Sequence record: MK327940.1 | Reading direction: 5' to 3' (one strand) | Length of the DNA stretch: 64,000 nt | Source: Escherichia phage vB_EcoM_G29 | Shown: one piece after another, positions 53,889 through 62,827 of the stretch | Layout: every line of letters starts with the position of its first letter | Position numbering within the stretch: position 1 is the first letter of the stretch | Made by a program: the position numbers and the translations under genes | Notes under the pieces: generated by a model | Database searches by the model: none | Told to the model about the DNA's origin: nothing | Seen by the model: the letters and a program-made list of their open reading frames with translations, nothing else

Positions 53889-54689
53889 ATGGCAGTAGTT
53901 GGTGTTCCCGGTTGGATTGGAAGTTCATCCGTAAATGAAACAGGACAACGATGGATGAGTCAAGCAGCTGGTCAATTAAGATTGGGTGTTCCTTGCTGGA
54001 TGAGCCAATTCGCCGGACGCTCAAGAGAGATTATTCATACTGTAAGTGCTAATCATAATTTTAATGGTCAGTGGTTCCGTGATAGATGCTTTGAAGCTGG
54101 CGGTGCACCCATTGTATTCAATATTGTTGGTGATATCGTTTCTTATTCTAAAGATGTGCCACTTTTCTTTATGTATGGGGATACGCCTAATGAATATGTT
54201 GTTCTTAATATTCATGGTGGTGTTCATATGTGGGGTCGTGGTGGTAATGGTGGATACACTCACTCAGGAGGCGACGGTAACGGTACACAAGGCGGTCATG
54301 TTATTCAAAATGATATCGGTGGACGGCTTCGTATTTGGAACTACGGTGTTATAGCTGCTGGTGGTGGCGGTGGTGGTGGTATTGCATATCGTCCACACTC
54401 AGGGGCAAACTGGCAAGATATCGGTGGCGGTGGTGGTCGACCTTTCGGTGGCGCTGGCGGCGGCGGTTATTCCGGTGGTGCTGCTTCGTATGAAGGTCCG
54501 GGTGGTGGTTATGACTATGGTAACGCACACTCCGGCGCTGGTGGTAATGCTGGTGCTTCTGGTCAGAATGCATGGTCTGACGGCGGTAAAGTTCTTAAAG
54601 TTGGTGTTGGTGGTGCGTCTGGTCATGCAGTGTTTGGATCTTCTCCAACTTGGGGTGCTGTTGGAACAATTTACGGACCAAGAGTATAA
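53889..54689 (+). CDS. 38: gp38 tail-fibre tip adhesin with glycine-rich motifs (T2-type)
   Basis: 266 aa from the ATG at 53889; poly-Gly blocks ([28 protein letters not shown]) alternating with variable segments. Confidence 0.85.
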   Translation: MAVVGVPGWIGSSSVNETGQRWMSQAAGQLRLGVPCWMSQFAGRSREIIHTVSANHNFNGQWFRDRCFEAGGAPIVFNIVGDIVSYSKDVPLFFMYGDTPNEYVVLNIHGGVHMWGRGGNGGYTHSGGDGNGTQGGHVIQNDIGGRLRIWNYGVIAAGGGGGGGIAYRPHSGANWQDIGGGGGRPFGGAGGGGYSGGAASYEGPGGGYDYGNAHSGAGGNAGASGQNAWSDGGKVLKVGVGGASGHAVFGSSPTWGAVGTIYGPRV

Positions 54690-54719
54690 TTTGAATAAAT
54701 ATCCTTAAAAGGAGGGTCT

Positions 54720-55376
54720 ATGGCAGCACCTAGAATATCATTTTCGCCCTCTGATATTCTGTTGGGTGTTCTAGATCGCTTGTTCAAAGATAATGCTACC
54801 GGGAAAGTTCTTGCTTCCCGGGTAGCTGTCGTAATTCTTTTGTTTATAATGGCGATTGTTTGGTATAGGGGAGATAGTTTCTTTGAGTACTATAAGCAAT
54901 CAAAGTATGAAACATATAGTGAAATTATTGAAAAGGAAAGAAATGCACGCTTTGAATCTGTCGCCCTGGAACAACTCCAGATAGTTCACATATCATCTGA
55001 GGCAGACTTTAGTGCGGTGTATTCTTTCCGCCCTAAAAACTTAAACTATTTTGTTGATATTATAGCATATGAAGGAAAATTACCTTCAACAATAAGTGAA
55101 AAATCACTTGGAGGATATCCTGTTGATAAAACTATGGATGAATATACAGTTCATTTAAATGGACGTCATTATTATTCCAACTCAAAATTTGCTTTTTTAC
55201 CAACTAAAAAGCCTACTCCCGAAATAAACTACATGTACAGTTGTCCATATTTTAATTTGGATAATATCTATGCTGGAACAATAACTATGTACTGGTATAG
55301 AAATGATCATATAAGTAATGACCGCCTTGAATCAATATGTGCTCAGGCGGCCAGAATATTAGGAAGGGCTAAATAA
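54720..55376 (+). CDS. t: Holin T
   Basis: 218-aa ORF with a single N-terminal TM segment (VAVVILLFIMAIVWY) and large C-terminal domain. Confidence 0.9.
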   Translation: MAAPRISFSPSDILLGVLDRLFKDNATGKVLASRVAVVILLFIMAIVWYRGDSFFEYYKQSKYETYSEIIEKERNARFESVALEQLQIVHISSEADFSAVYSFRPKNLNYFVDIIAYEGKLPSTISEKSLGGYPVDKTMDEYTVHLNGRHYYSNSKFAFLPTKKPTPEINYMYSCPYFNLDNIYAGTITMYWYRNDHISNDRLESICAQAARILGRAK

Positions 55377-55649
55377 TTATTTGTTCGTATACATCTCTAG
55401 ATATCGATATACACTCTCAAACCCCTCGTTGAATTCGTCGATGAGGGTTTTCTTATCTTCTTGGGTTAATTCAGAAACAATTTTACGGAATAAATTCTGA
55501 TTTAATTTTCTACCTTCATGCGTTACTCCAATCTCATTCAGAAATGCAATAAAATTAGCACGATTTTCAACAATATCTTCTCTGGAAAATTTAATCAAAA
55601 TAGATGCAACAGTAATAATTTCACGAACTGTATCAATGTTTTTATTCAT
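55377..55649 (-). CDS. asiA: AsiA anti-sigma70 factor
   Basis: 90-aa ORF MNKNIDTVREIITVASILIKFSREDIVENRANFIAF..., recalled as T4 AsiA. Confidence 0.9.
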   Translation of the reverse strand: MNKNIDTVREIITVASILIKFSREDIVENRANFIAFLNEIGVTHEGRKLNQNLFRKIVSELTQEDKKTLIDEFNEGFESVYRYLEMYTNK

Positions 55650-55680
55650 TAACTATACCACTCAATTAGTTGACTTTGTT

Positions 55681-55710
55681 ATAATATCATCAGACACTTG
55701 ATTTGTAAAC
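55681..55710 (-). promoter_or_regulatory. T4-type early promoter for asiA
   Basis: Minus strand GTTTAC-18 nt-TATTAT, 30-60 nt upstream of the asiA ATG. Confidence 0.55.
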
Positions 55711-55810
55711 TGGTCTGTGTTATTTTCTTCAAAAATTTTTTCTACGAATTCCTTGAACGACTCACGTTCCTGAGCTGCATTATGCTCGATTACCATTTCA
55801 AGATTATGAC

Positions 55811-56089
55811 TCATTCGAAATAATCTTCAATTTCGTAATCATGGACATAAATCATTATAGTTTTTAATACATCATCAATACTTTTTCCTGGAGCTGGAAT
55901 TACGTAAAAATATCCTGCTTTTGAGAGGTCTTTATAAGTTCCAACCAAGAAATCATTATTCTCGAGATGTAATTCTTCAACTAATTCATTAACAATTGAA
56001 TGGTATAAATTTGGTAGAAACTTATATAGCTTTTCTAGAATATCAATTTTGATTGTATATTGAACCACAGATTGAGAATCAATAATCAT
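55811..56089 (-). CDS. arn: Arn anti-restriction protein (McrBC inhibitor)
   Basis: 92-aa acidic ORF at the position of T4 arn between asiA and motA. Confidence 0.7.
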   Translation of the reverse strand: MIIDSQSVVQYTIKIDILEKLYKFLPNLYHSIVNELVEELHLENNDFLVGTYKDLSKAGYFYVIPAPGKSIDDVLKTIMIYVHDYEIEDYFE

Positions 56090-56172
56090 AGACCTTCCCC
56101 TTATGTTTCTGTTTGCGATTAGATTCTTTAAACGCTTTCTTCTTATCCTTATGAACAGAAGCTTTATTAAAA

Positions 56173-56391
56173 TTATGTTTTGCGACTAAATTGTTCATAG
56201 TGCTGAATTACCTCTCTTAAACATTTGCATGTGAATGAAAACTTTTTAGCTACACCACATTCAAATATATGTTCTCTTAAATCATGCGTGTCAGTATATC
56301 CCATCTCAACAATAAAATGTCTTATTAGATTTTTATCTTTATCATTGAGAGAATTAAAATAATCAGATTTTGAATTAATTTCCCTGGCCAA
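56173..56391 (-). CDS. Hypothetical protein (arn.x)
   Basis: 72-aa ORF. Confidence 0.55.
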   Translation of the reverse strand: MAREINSKSDYFNSLNDKDKNLIRHFIVEMGYTDTHDLREHIFECGVAKKFSFTCKCLREVIQHYEQFSRKT

Positions 56392-56671
56392 ATTGAATCA
56401 CCTTCAGTTGACGTTTTAGCTCTTTTATCATCTCTTCGTTCATCGCAATATAAAGATCGCGTAAAGCAGGTTTTATCATTCCATTTATTGGGGAACTAAA
56501 TGGGCATACATAATCTTTTCCTACGAGCTTTTTGGTGAATTCCATATCACAGAACTGAAATGCCGGTTCATTGGCATAAATTCCCCAATTAGTTGACATC
56601 ATTTTATTGGCATATTCCAACGCCTGGATTTGATTCTTAATTCCATCAATTTGAAACTTTTTAATATTCAT
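56375..56671 (-). CDS. Hypothetical protein (arn.x)
   Basis: 98-aa ORF. Confidence 0.55.
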   Translation of the reverse strand: MNIKKFQIDGIKNQIQALEYANKMMSTNWGIYANEPAFQFCDMEFTKKLVGKDYVCPFSSPINGMIKPALRDLYIAMNEEMIKELKRQLKVIQFGQGN

Positions 56672-57132
56672 TAGTAAAGGTCCTCAGAGTAAAGTTCTTT
56701 TTCACTACCACCGCGTTCAATACGTACTTGTCCGGCGTAAGTTGCAATAATCATTGCTTCTTCACGTGTCCAGTAATTGCTATACTGATCAATAAACCCT
56801 TGGTCATCATCACAAACTTGCTGAGTAACTAATTGGGGTTTAACTACATCTAAAACTTCTGCCATATCTTTAGAATAATGACGAGCACCTGGAATAACAA
56901 GAGTTCGTCCATCTTTTAATTTAAAACGGTTGGCGGCACAAACAATTCGTCGTTGATACTTTTGGTTTTCATCCCAGTATGCGGTCTGCCAACAGATTTC
57001 AGGAACTTCTTTTAGAATATCTTCTTCTGTGCATTTATAACCATGCGCTTTAAATTTTTCAACAAGACTTTCTGGAGTTTCACGACATAAAGGAACATTC
57101 AGCATTTTTAAACGATTAATAAATGGGTTCAT
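56671..57132 (-). CDS. Hypothetical protein (arn.x), 153 aa
   Basis: ORF with well-spaced conserved-looking residues (RIVCAANR...VIPGARH...DQGFID); no family recognised. Confidence 0.6.
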   Translation of the reverse strand: MNPFINRLKMLNVPLCRETPESLVEKFKAHGYKCTEEDILKEVPEICWQTAYWDENQKYQRRIVCAANRFKLKDGRTLVIPGARHYSKDMAEVLDVVKPQLVTQQVCDDDQGFIDQYSNYWTREEAMIIATYAGQVRIERGGSEKELYSEDLY

Positions 57133-57458
57133 TTAAACCATCCTTTAATACGTTGCCATAAAGTTTTCTGTTGAGCTTTGTTAACACCAATTGAACGAAT
57201 AACTGGTTGAGATTCCTGAAATTCTTTATAATCAGCAAGGTAAATTTCGTAAGCTGCATCCATAAATGAACTTATCGCTGCCATAAAATTATTGCGAATA
57301 CCTACTGGAGCATCTTTACTTTCACGAATAATCATGTATTTACCAGTCTTAATCTTTACGATAGTTCCAAGATAAGCTCCATGGTACCAGATGTCCCAAC
57401 CCTCTTGAGTAGGTTCTACACAACGACGAAGTTCATTGACAATTTCTAACTTGTTCAT
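57129..57458 (-). CDS. Hypothetical protein (motA.1 position)
   Basis: 109-aa ORF immediately downstream of motA. Confidence 0.6.
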   Translation of the reverse strand: MNKLEIVNELRRCVEPTQEGWDIWYHGAYLGTIVKIKTGKYMIIRESKDAPVGIRNNFMAAISSFMDAAYEIYLADYKEFQESQPVIRSIGVNKAQQKTLWQRIKGWFK

Positions 57459-57468
57459 TATTTATTCC

Positions 57469-58104
57469 TCACAGTTCAGATGCTACAGTGATTACAGCTT
57501 CAATGTTTTCTGCCGAGCGTTTAATGTCAAGATACACATTACCGTTTTTAGCGATTTTACATGACATTCCGATATCAGTAAATTTCTGAATATGATGTTC
57601 CATCATTTTGTATCCAAAAATTCGCATATTTCCATTATTGTTAATTTCAAAATTACGAATTCCGTGAGTGCGTTTTTCTAAAATGGCAAGATAATTACTA
57701 CGATAAGTTTCAACCTTTTTAAGAACAAATCCATTTTCATCTAAAAGTTTTAACATGAGGTCTTTATCTTCTTCCATATCAGAAGTAATCTCACGAGCTT
57801 TACGAGTTGCTCGTTTTTTCAGTAGTTCCGGAGCATTTTCCTGCGCGTATAAAGTTGCTGCGTTTGAAATAATATCTTGAGCTTCACCTGTAATGATTAA
57901 TCCATCACCAGATTTCTCCACCAGGCCTTTTTTAATCAATACCCCAATATTACTATTAACTACTGCGTTACCTAAATCTGGATGCACCTCACGAACTTCT
58001 GCAGCTGTAATGAAATCTTTCTTAGCAATGGTAATTAAAATCGCAGCAGTTTTTTCATTCAGAACATCGTTAGAAGCTTTGATGATGTAAGTTACTTTAG
58101 ACAT
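57469..58104 (-). CDS. motA: MotA middle-transcription activator
   Basis: 211-aa ORF, T4 MotA length; early promoter and conserved leader upstream. Confidence 0.9.
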   Translation of the reverse strand: MSKVTYIIKASNDVLNEKTAAILITIAKKDFITAAEVREVHPDLGNAVVNSNIGVLIKKGLVEKSGDGLIITGEAQDIISNAATLYAQENAPELLKKRATRKAREITSDMEEDKDLMLKLLDENGFVLKKVETYRSNYLAILEKRTHGIRNFEINNNGNMRIFGYKMMEHHIQKFTDIGMSCKIAKNGNVYLDIKRSAENIEAVITVASEL

Positions 58105-58140
58105 TTTAATCTCCGTTTCAGTTCATTTATTTGATAGGTC

Positions 58141-58170
58141 TATAGTATCATGTTTAAAGCAGAAGTAAAC
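58141..58170 (-). promoter_or_regulatory. T4-type early promoter for motA
   Basis: Minus strand GTTTAC-18 nt-ACTATA; leader CUAUCAAAUAAAUGAACUGAAAC shared with the promoter at 58486-58515. Confidence 0.6.
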
Positions 58171-58208
58171 ACTTTTTGCACTCTTTTTCAAGAGCTCTAA
58201 TAAAGTAC

Positions 58209-58436
58209 TTACTTAATGTTCAGATTACGAACTTCGATTTCGTCTTCATGGGCAAAATCAAACTGTTTGAATTCTGTGTCACCTTTAAATTTAAAAATCA
58301 TTGTGAAGAAAGTCAGAACACCAGGTTTTTCTTCACGAACTCCACAGATATCATATTCAATACCATCTACAACCAGTTTGTTAGCAGTCAGAGCATTTTT
58401 AGCTTTAACAATTTCGTTTTCGATTTTAAATTTCAT
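58209..58436 (-). CDS. Hypothetical protein between gene 52 and motA
   Basis: 75-aa ORF with SD GGAGA, own early promoter upstream. Confidence 0.6.
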   Translation of the reverse strand: MKFKIENEIVKAKNALTANKLVVDGIEYDICGVREEKPGVLTFFTMIFKFKGDTEFKQFDFAHEDEIEVRNLNIK

Positions 58437-58485
58437 TTTTTGTATCTCCGGGTTGTTTGTTTCAGTTCATTTATTTGATAGTTGT

Positions 58486-58515
58486 ATAGTACCACAGTAT
58501 GCTTTGGTTGTAAAC
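58486..58515 (-). promoter_or_regulatory. T4-type early promoter
   Basis: Minus strand GTTTAC-18 nt-TACTAT plus A/T-rich upstream tract. Confidence 0.6.
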
Positions 58516-58534
58516 CGTTTTGTGAAAAAATTTT

Positions 58535-58566
58535 TGAAATAAAAAAGGGAGAGCCGAGGCTCTCCC
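58535..58566 (-). terminator. Terminator after the gene 52 operon
   Basis: GGGAGAGCC...GGCUCUCCC hairpin followed on the minus strand by uuuuuuauuuc. Confidence 0.65.
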
Positions 58567-58571
58567 TAAAA

Positions 58572-58721
58572 TTACTGCATGACTGTGATAACTGTCATGA
58601 TAACACGTTGAATTCCGAACGCAAGAAGACCTCCTGCTACGGCAGGAACAACACCTAAACCCGCCAGTAAAATGCCACCAGATACTAATGCAGCGCTTGT
58701 GATACCAATGAATGGACTCAT
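58572..58721 (-). CDS. Small glycine-zipper membrane protein downstream of gene 52
   Basis: 49-aa hydrophobic ORF translated by hand (MSPFIGITSAALVSGGILLAGLGVVPAVAGG...); ATGA-coupled to the gene 52 stop. Confidence 0.45.
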   Translation of the reverse strand: MSPFIGITSAALVSGGILLAGLGVVPAVAGGLLAFGIQRVIMTVITVMQ

Positions 58722-60046
58722 TTGATTTCCTCTAAATCTTTGGTGTATTCTGTAACTACATCAGTAGTTTTCCAATATTCGTTTTCTTCTTTTTTGGCTT
58801 TAGCTTCTTCAGCAAGTTTCTTTGCTTCGTCGGAAGTCATATGAAAAATGTTCATTCCAACTAGTTTATCAACATAAGAAGAATACATATCAATTTTAGA
58901 AAGTTCTTCGGTCAGTTCTTTGCGAGTTTTACCTTGTACAACAATTTCACCTGAAATTACTTTCTTAATGAAATGTGCCTTGGCAAAAGCTAAACGAAAT
59001 GCTGATTCAGTTTCTTTGATTTTGTTATCAATTCGTTTTTGGACATAAGTTTTACGAACTTCAACGAAGTCTTTGATTAAATCAACTACATTATCGTAAA
59101 CTTGCAGCTTTCCTTTCTCATTAATGACGGTAATATTCTGGGAACGACGCTCAATCAACCCGAAGTCTTTCATAATTTTTGCATGGCGTTCTTCTTCATT
59201 ATCGCTCAAAGAGTATTCTTTTCGGAATTTAACTTTGAAGCCAAAGCCATGCTCACCACAAGCATCATCCCATGTAATGAAGCCTTTATCTTCAAGCGGG
59301 TCTAAGATTTTACTCACATAAGTTTCACGATCATACTTATATGGAATCTCAGTGATATGCATTTGAGTTCGTGAAGTAAACTTATATGTTCCACGAATTT
59401 CATATTGCCCATCAATTTCAACGACTTCACCACGAAATTCTGGGAATTCTACCTTCGGTTTAGTTACTTTCTTTCCTTGAAGAGCTTGCAGTACAGCTTT
59501 CTTGACAGAAGAAACACTATGAGGAAGAATGTAAGTTGCATAACCAGTTGCAATACCGGAAACGCCATTAAGAAGAACAGTAGGAATAATAGGCAAATAG
59601 AAAGCAGGCGGAATGTGTTCTTTATCTTGATGTACTGGAGCATATTCAGTATCTTTATATACGTTATAGAAATTTTTACTTACACGAGCAAAAATATAAC
59701 GACTTGCTGCTGCCTTTTGGACAGTACGAGAACCAAAGTTTCCTTGACCGTCTAACAGAGGAAAGTTATTATTCCAAGTGTTAGCCATCAAAGCACCTGC
59801 GTCTTGCGCAGAGTTTTCACCATGATGATATCCAAGGTCCGCTACACCGCCTGCGATAGAAGCGAGTTTGTGAAACTTATCTTTATTTCCTCGTGCCAAA
59901 TCAAGAGCTCGAGCAATAACAAATCGTTGAACTGGCTTAAATCCGTCAATCATATTTGGAATGGCACGATTTTCAACCGTGTACATAGCATAAGCCAATG
60001 CTTCATTATCAATGATACTTTTTAAATCACGATTATTCAGTTGCAT
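58718..60046 (-). CDS. 52: DNA topoisomerase II medium subunit gp52
   Basis: 442-aa ORF, T4 gp52 length. Confidence 0.9.
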   Translation of the reverse strand: MQLNNRDLKSIIDNEALAYAMYTVENRAIPNMIDGFKPVQRFVIARALDLARGNKDKFHKLASIAGGVADLGYHHGENSAQDAGALMANTWNNNFPLLDGQGNFGSRTVQKAAASRYIFARVSKNFYNVYKDTEYAPVHQDKEHIPPAFYLPIIPTVLLNGVSGIATGYATYILPHSVSSVKKAVLQALQGKKVTKPKVEFPEFRGEVVEIDGQYEIRGTYKFTSRTQMHITEIPYKYDRETYVSKILDPLEDKGFITWDDACGEHGFGFKVKFRKEYSLSDNEEERHAKIMKDFGLIERRSQNITVINEKGKLQVYDNVVDLIKDFVEVRKTYVQKRIDNKIKETESAFRLAFAKAHFIKKVISGEIVVQGKTRKELTEELSKIDMYSSYVDKLVGMNIFHMTSDEAKKLAEEAKAKKEENEYWKTTDVVTEYTKDLEEIK

Positions 60047-60050
60047 AAAT

Positions 60051-60191
60051 TTACCATACTAGTGAATGTAGTGCCATAATAACATCAGAAATGAAAAGCA
60101 CGACTTGAATTAATCCGAACATTATTCCGTAATATAATGCTATCAATAAAATAGCAAGGGCTAATGAATAGCCCAAGATTTTCTTAATCAT
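60051..60191 (-). CDS. Small hydrophobic membrane protein (candidate ac)
   Basis: 46-aa ORF translated by hand (MIKKILGYSLALAILLIALYYG...), ending 4 nt before the gene 52 ATG. Confidence 0.4.
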   Translation of the reverse strand: MIKKILGYSLALAILLIALYYGIMFGLIQVVLFISDVIMALHSLVW

Positions 60192-60348
60192 TAGTAGATA
60201 ACAACACAAATGTTAAATATGCACACATACCCTGAGCTAAAGCTTGCGAAAACACACTGCTGGCATCAATCAGATAGTTAAAACACATGCTACTATCCAA
60301 CAAATAAATGAAATAACTCCTAATAATTTTGCGATATTCATATTTTCC

Positions 60349-60429
60349 TCACTGGCGTCCGAAGACGCCTTTAGTTTTAAGATTATTACGATAGAACTGC
60401 ATCACGTGTTCGTTGTGGAAATTACTCAT
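60349..60429 (-). CDS. stp: Stp peptide (activator of the host PrrC anticodon nuclease)
   Basis: 26-codon [29 protein letters not shown] translated by hand; start overlaps the ndd stop (TAATG). Confidence 0.7.
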
Positions 60430-60887
60430 TAATATGCCTGCAAAACGAATTTAAAATTATCAGCCAACATACGGTTCATTTCTTCAAGTGTTTGATACTC
60501 AGAATGATGATTACGAGTAAACGCTAAAGCTAACTGTCCTTTTCCAAATCCCGTCGTCAGAGGTTTCATCTTAGAAGCAGGCAGATAAAATACTGTGTAT
60601 ACCATATTGTTATTTGCAATAGTACGTGCAAGCTGAGACCGACGTTGACGAATATGACTTAGAACTGCACTGAATCCTTGCTTAGAACGCTGATTACCTA
60701 CATAAAATCGTGCAGACACACATGGATTACTAAATGGACGACCATCTAATTTACTTACTAAAAAATAAAATCCAGGTTTAGATAAAATATCTTTATGCGG
60801 AGTTCCCAAAAACCACTCACCACCCTTGATTGTACCAATAACAGTAGCGCCTGCATTATTCAGATCAGTAACAGTCATGTATTTCAT
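60429..60887 (-). CDS. ndd: Ndd nucleoid disruption protein
   Basis: 152 aa from [18 protein letters not shown]... with SD GAGGAAA; track ORF over-extended upstream. Confidence 0.75.
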
Positions 60888-60947
60888 ATTAATTTCCTCT
60901 AAATTATTTTCTACTCCAAGGCCGCATGAATACACGCGGCCATTAAA

Positions 60948-61163
60948 TTAATCGTCGCAGTCGACGCTCAATTCCCAAAACTCTTCTACAGTATAAGTTT
61001 CAGTATCATTTTCAATACAGAAACGTTCATTACTGTTATTTGCTAAAGTAGCATTAACTGTCGGTTTCTCGCTAGTGCTCTTAAGAGGTGAAATACGAAT
61101 TAACTGATCACCGTTATCTAAACAGAAAATTTCACCAACTTTTACATCTTTAAAACTTTTCAT
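60948..61163 (-). CDS. Hypothetical protein (ndd.1 position)
   Basis: 71-aa ORF. Confidence 0.55.
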   Translation of the reverse strand: MKSFKDVKVGEIFCLDNGDQLIRISPLKSTSEKPTVNATLANNSNERFCIENDTETYTVEEFWELSVDCDD

Positions 61164-61171
61164 AATTCACC

Positions 61172-61282
61172 TCAAGGAGTATAAAATCCAAACGCAGTTG
61201 TTGACCATCCCATCCAATATGGAAAATTTGCACCAATGTAAAACATAAGAATATAAAACCAACCGCTCAGCAAATTCATCAT
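61172..61282 (-). CDS. Tiny hydrophobic ORF
   Basis: 36-aa aromatic-rich ORF translated by hand (MMNLLSGWFYILMFYIG...); approximate. Confidence 0.3.
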   Translation of the reverse strand: MMNLLSGWFYILMFYIGANFPYWMGWSTTAFGFYTP

Positions 61283-61476
61283 TTTACACCATTCCAAATT
61301 GTTTCAACCACGGATTTTAAACCATTTTGATGAATATCAATTCCGACTACTGTCATCAAATAGATTCCAACTACAACTGAACCTAAGGCAAAAATCAGCA
61401 TGAAAATGAATAAAGCCGGAAAAATATTATCGAAAAACCATTCAATAAATGTAAAAGCACTGCGTTTACGCTTCAT
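61279..61476 (-). CDS. Small membrane protein
   Basis: 65 aa from MKRKRSAFTFIEWFF... with SD GAGGAAAA; one TM helix. Confidence 0.5.
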   Translation of the reverse strand: MKRKRSAFTFIEWFFDNIFPALFIFMLIFALGSVVVGIYLMTVVGIDIHQNGLKSVVETIWNGVK

Positions 61477-61483
61477 ATTTTCC

Positions 61484-61597
61484 TCACATAAATCCAAAGT
61501 AAGCGTTTAATACATCAATCATTAAAACGATTGGGAATATACTCAAAACTACTAGTATTATAACTACATTCCATATAGCTTTAACAATCTTTTTCAT
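61484..61597 (-). CDS. Small membrane protein
   Basis: 37 aa from MKKIVKAIWNVVIILVVLSIFPIVLM... with SD GGAGG; the track ORF start lies upstream of its own promoter. Confidence 0.45.
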   Translation of the reverse strand: MKKIVKAIWNVVIILVVLSIFPIVLMIDVLNAYFGFM

Positions 61598-61624
61598 TTT
61601 CTGTTCCTCCGTAGTTGATAGGTA

Positions 61625-61654
61625 ATAGTACCACGGAAGAACAGTCTTGTAAAC
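61625..61654 (-). promoter_or_regulatory. T4-type early promoter
   Basis: Minus strand GTTTAC-18 nt-TACTAT. Confidence 0.55.
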
Positions 61655-61839
61655 AACTTTTTTAAAAATATTCGTAATAAATGTGAATACCAACTACTAC
61701 CGCTGAAACCTGTGCAACCCACCACGCACAAGCAATAAGTACAGAATTCAAAATTTTCATAATAACCTCATTACAAAAGTAAATGTTAAACAAATTAATG
61801 GAATACTAATTAACCAAACAAAACACCACCATAATGAAC

Positions 61840-62103
61840 TCATAGTTCAATCTCAGCGATTTTCATTTCATTATTGTTAATAGCATTTTTAAGACTATCC
61901 GAAAGAATTACATTCCAGTGGTCATTCATATGACCATTAACTAAGCGTGTAATTTCTTCGGGAGTTGAAAAATAAGGCGTATCAGACTCCCAATGCGATA
62001 ATCCTAAGCGAGTATAAATCATGCCTTCATCATCGCTAGAATATTCAACTGACACAAACTCATCAGTTATTTTATGTTTAGCGTAATAAAATTTAAATTT
62101 CAT
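61840..62103 (-). CDS. Hypothetical protein (ndd.x position)
   Basis: 87 aa from MKFKFYYAKHK... with SD GGAG; early promoter at 62138-62167. Confidence 0.5.
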   Translation of the reverse strand: MKFKFYYAKHKITDEFVSVEYSSDDEGMIYTRLGLSHWESDTPYFSTPEEITRLVNGHMNDHWNVILSDSLKNAINNNEMKIAEIEL

Positions 62104-62137
62104 TTTACTCTCCAAATCCGTATCAGTTGATAGTTGT

Positions 62138-62167
62138 ATAGTACCACGGTCCTTGTGGTATGTAAAC
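62138..62167 (-). promoter_or_regulatory. T4-type early promoter
   Basis: Minus strand GTTTAC-18 nt-TACTAT with shared upstream A/T tract. Confidence 0.55.
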
Positions 62168-62183
62168 CATTTTGTGAAATTTT

Positions 62184-62741
62184 TTAAATGGAAAGATACC
62201 ATCCGCTGTAGTTGCTTTTTCTTACAACCTTACGAAGGTCTTCTCTATCACCGATGAACTTCGGAGTGTATTGGATGACACCTGGATGAATTTCTTTAGT
62301 GTTGAATATAATTATACAGTCAGCGACTTGATGATTTAGAATGGGCCCTAGATTTATTCCAGAACCATATGGATACTCTCCGCTGCATCCTGTTGTCACC
62401 GAAATCCAACGTGAGTCAGTTTGATGTGTCTTAACTTCTACACGAAGCCCGCAGTATCTTGGATGCGCCAATACATCCCATGCATATGTGTACGGATCAT
62501 CGACATCTTCTTGACCTTTGTTAACATACCCGCTCAGCCAATCTGCTACAAAAAACTCTGCGTACACAGCGATACGGCATCTTTCGATAACTTCTGCCTT
62601 ATCCTGATTTGGGTTTTGTTTTAAAGAGTATCTTGCAGTATCAACAATTTTGACCTTCATTTCACTAGTCAAGTCACTGTTCGATAGGGTAAATGTCGGA
62701 ATCTGAAATAGTCTCTGTAACCCCGGATTCGTTTTCTGCAT
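62184..62741 (-). CDS. denB: Endonuclease IV (DenB) candidate
   Basis: 185-aa ORF at the position and length of T4 denB between the ndd block and rIIB; assigned by synteny only. Confidence 0.55.
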   Translation of the reverse strand: MQKTNPGLQRLFQIPTFTLSNSDLTSEMKVKIVDTARYSLKQNPNQDKAEVIERCRIAVYAEFFVADWLSGYVNKGQEDVDDPYTYAWDVLAHPRYCGLRVEVKTHQTDSRWISVTTGCSGEYPYGSGINLGPILNHQVADCIIIFNTKEIHPGVIQYTPKFIGDREDLRKVVRKSNYSGWYLSI

Positions 62742-62827
62742 TTAAACTTTCCTTTTATGTCTGAATCACTGGTATTCATATAATAAATCATAATTTCTCT
62801 TAAAACAAAAGGGCCGAAGCCCTTATT

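Noticed and set aside
54349-54708. Long ORFs on both strands rich in His, Arg or Val (54349..54573, 54361..54708, 54399..54626)
   Set aside because: They are alternative-frame or antisense readings of the GGT/GGC-rich glycine-repeat region of gene 38; the gp38 frame is the one with start, RBS and synteny.
56080-56198. 39-aa highly basic ORF overlapping the arn start
   Set aside because: Overlaps two better-supported ORFs in different frames, has no clear RBS, and is lysine-rich in an AT-rich region, consistent with a chance ORF.
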